Shown: positions 62,801 through 64,000 of the stretch, in pieces
Numbering within the stretch: the stretch's first letter is position 1
Layout of the letters: the number at the start of each line of letters is the position of its first letter
Assembly: GCA_015680685.1 (NCBI GenBank)
Contig: MNCI01003051.1
Coordinates: 132,131 to 196,130, forward strand
Source of the DNA: Gnetum montanum
Taxonomy: Eukaryota > Plantae > Gnetophyta
Reading direction: 5' to 3'
Length of the DNA: 64,000 nucleotides
The notes under the pieces: generated by a model
The model's database searches: none
What the model was told of the DNA's origin: nothing
What the model saw: the letters and a program-made list of their open reading frames with translations, nothing else
Made by a program: the position numbers and the translations under genes

Positions 62801-64000
62801 ACTAGAGTACTATAGGCCTACACCTCCAAGGATGGATTCCAATCCATATGTGCATCAACCAGTGGTTGGTTTGTTAAGTCAACTTTCTAACTCTCTACCA
62901 CCTGTGCCACCACCTAAAATGCAAGGAGAATTGCCATCACAAGCACAACAAAAGAATGTAACTAGGGTAATTAGTATGCAGGAGGAAGTAATCATGATTG
63001 AACCACAATCTAGGAAATGATTATTCTTTCGAATAAACCCTCAAAAGGTTCAAAGGATTGGGAGCCCATATACTATCAATTCATCCACATTCACTCCCCT
63101 AGGAAACACTAAGCTTCCATCATCATCCAATGCAAACTTAACAACTGTCATGCTAACTCAAACTGTAATGCATTGGATAAAGGCATGAGCACTTCCTCAA
63201 AAATGAACAAACCTAGGAAGTCCCTTGGTGTACCTTCAAATAGTAAGTCATAAATTGTGCAAGGCTCTACTTGATTCTAGGTTAGGGATGAACCTAATAT
63301 TATAAGACATGTATAAGGCCTAGAATCTGCCACCATTAAAGAAAAGTAACATTCGGTTAGAGCTTGTAGACCAATCGATCACAGTTCCACTAGAGCAAGT
63401 AGATGATGCAATGACTATAATTGGTGGTTGGTCTTATCCTACTAATTTTATAGTCATTCATATAGGTGAAAATAAGGGAGAGTTCCCTATTATTATGGAA
63501 ATAGCTTAGCTTAGCATAGTAGATGCTAAGCTTGGTATCAGAGACTTGTCCTTGGAAATTTCCAAAGAAGATGAAGCTAGAATCATCCAAAGATGTAGAG
63601 TTTCATGCATCACATACAATGATAATGGGTGTAAATACATGCAAAAAATATGGGTAGTTAAATAGGAAAACAACATAGCATGCAAAAGATATGTTGAAGA
63701 GATGTGTGTGCAGAGATGCTTGTGCGTGACAACCACTAAACAAGAAGGCACCTAGTGGCTAATTATAGATGGAGAAACTGAATCAAAACTATACATGAAA
63801 CCAACAAGCTAGATTATAAGTGCTTATATAGAAGAAACATATAAGTTAGAGTAATAAAGAAGAATACATCCCTATCCACACTCATGTCAAGAAGAGGAGA
63901 TTAAATGGGGACAACTCAAGATTCAAGATAAAGTTCAACTAGAACTGTTGGAATGAAAGGCCCTACCGGAAATACTAGAATATTCTTTCCTAAATAATAA
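59850..64000 (+). mobile_element. Degenerate Gypsy (family X-related) 5' region plus gag-protease, running off the window
   Basis: ATG ~60565; gag IPKFEGGYTTNPLHHLQAFHDAC...KLKLFPWTLIKEAESWYKSLEP; CTVCWYKHPKGCC; protease-like YPTNFIVIHIG...FPII ~63430. Confidence 0.72.

Overview
AT-rich, repeat-dense land-plant nuclear DNA with several N gaps. It holds one intact host gene on the minus strand: an 8-exon, ~315-aa V-ATPase accessory AP1/Ac45/Voa1-like protein resembling Arabidopsis At3g13410 (ATG 56231, stop 23234). Its last intron is 29.4 kb long and filled with nested retroelements: gag-only Copia derivatives, a Copia inserted in one of their LTRs, an RTEX-like LINE in that Copia, an ORF1-only L1 in the LINE, and a younger Ale-like Copia. 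To the left, a fairly young Tat/Ogre-type Gypsy element (7189-20643, ~1.59-kb LTRs, TSD GTATG) is nested in an older Gypsy derivative. Main candidate for a new system: this element shows no RT or retroviral RNase H. In their place it carries a spliced antisense gene predicted to fuse an FCP1/NIF-like (HAD) pseudo-phosphatase domain to a PMD/Transposase_32-like domain, a coiled coil and an acidic tail. Its LTR carries an array of ACGC-N6-GCGT dyads whose half-site recurs in the element's non-coding parts. Together these suggest a possible protein-plus-cognate-motif anti-silencing module. The older host element seems to carry a degenerate antisense gene of similar type and its own motif (CATCGA). 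All domain and family calls are by-eye motif recognition and need HMM or structure confirmation.
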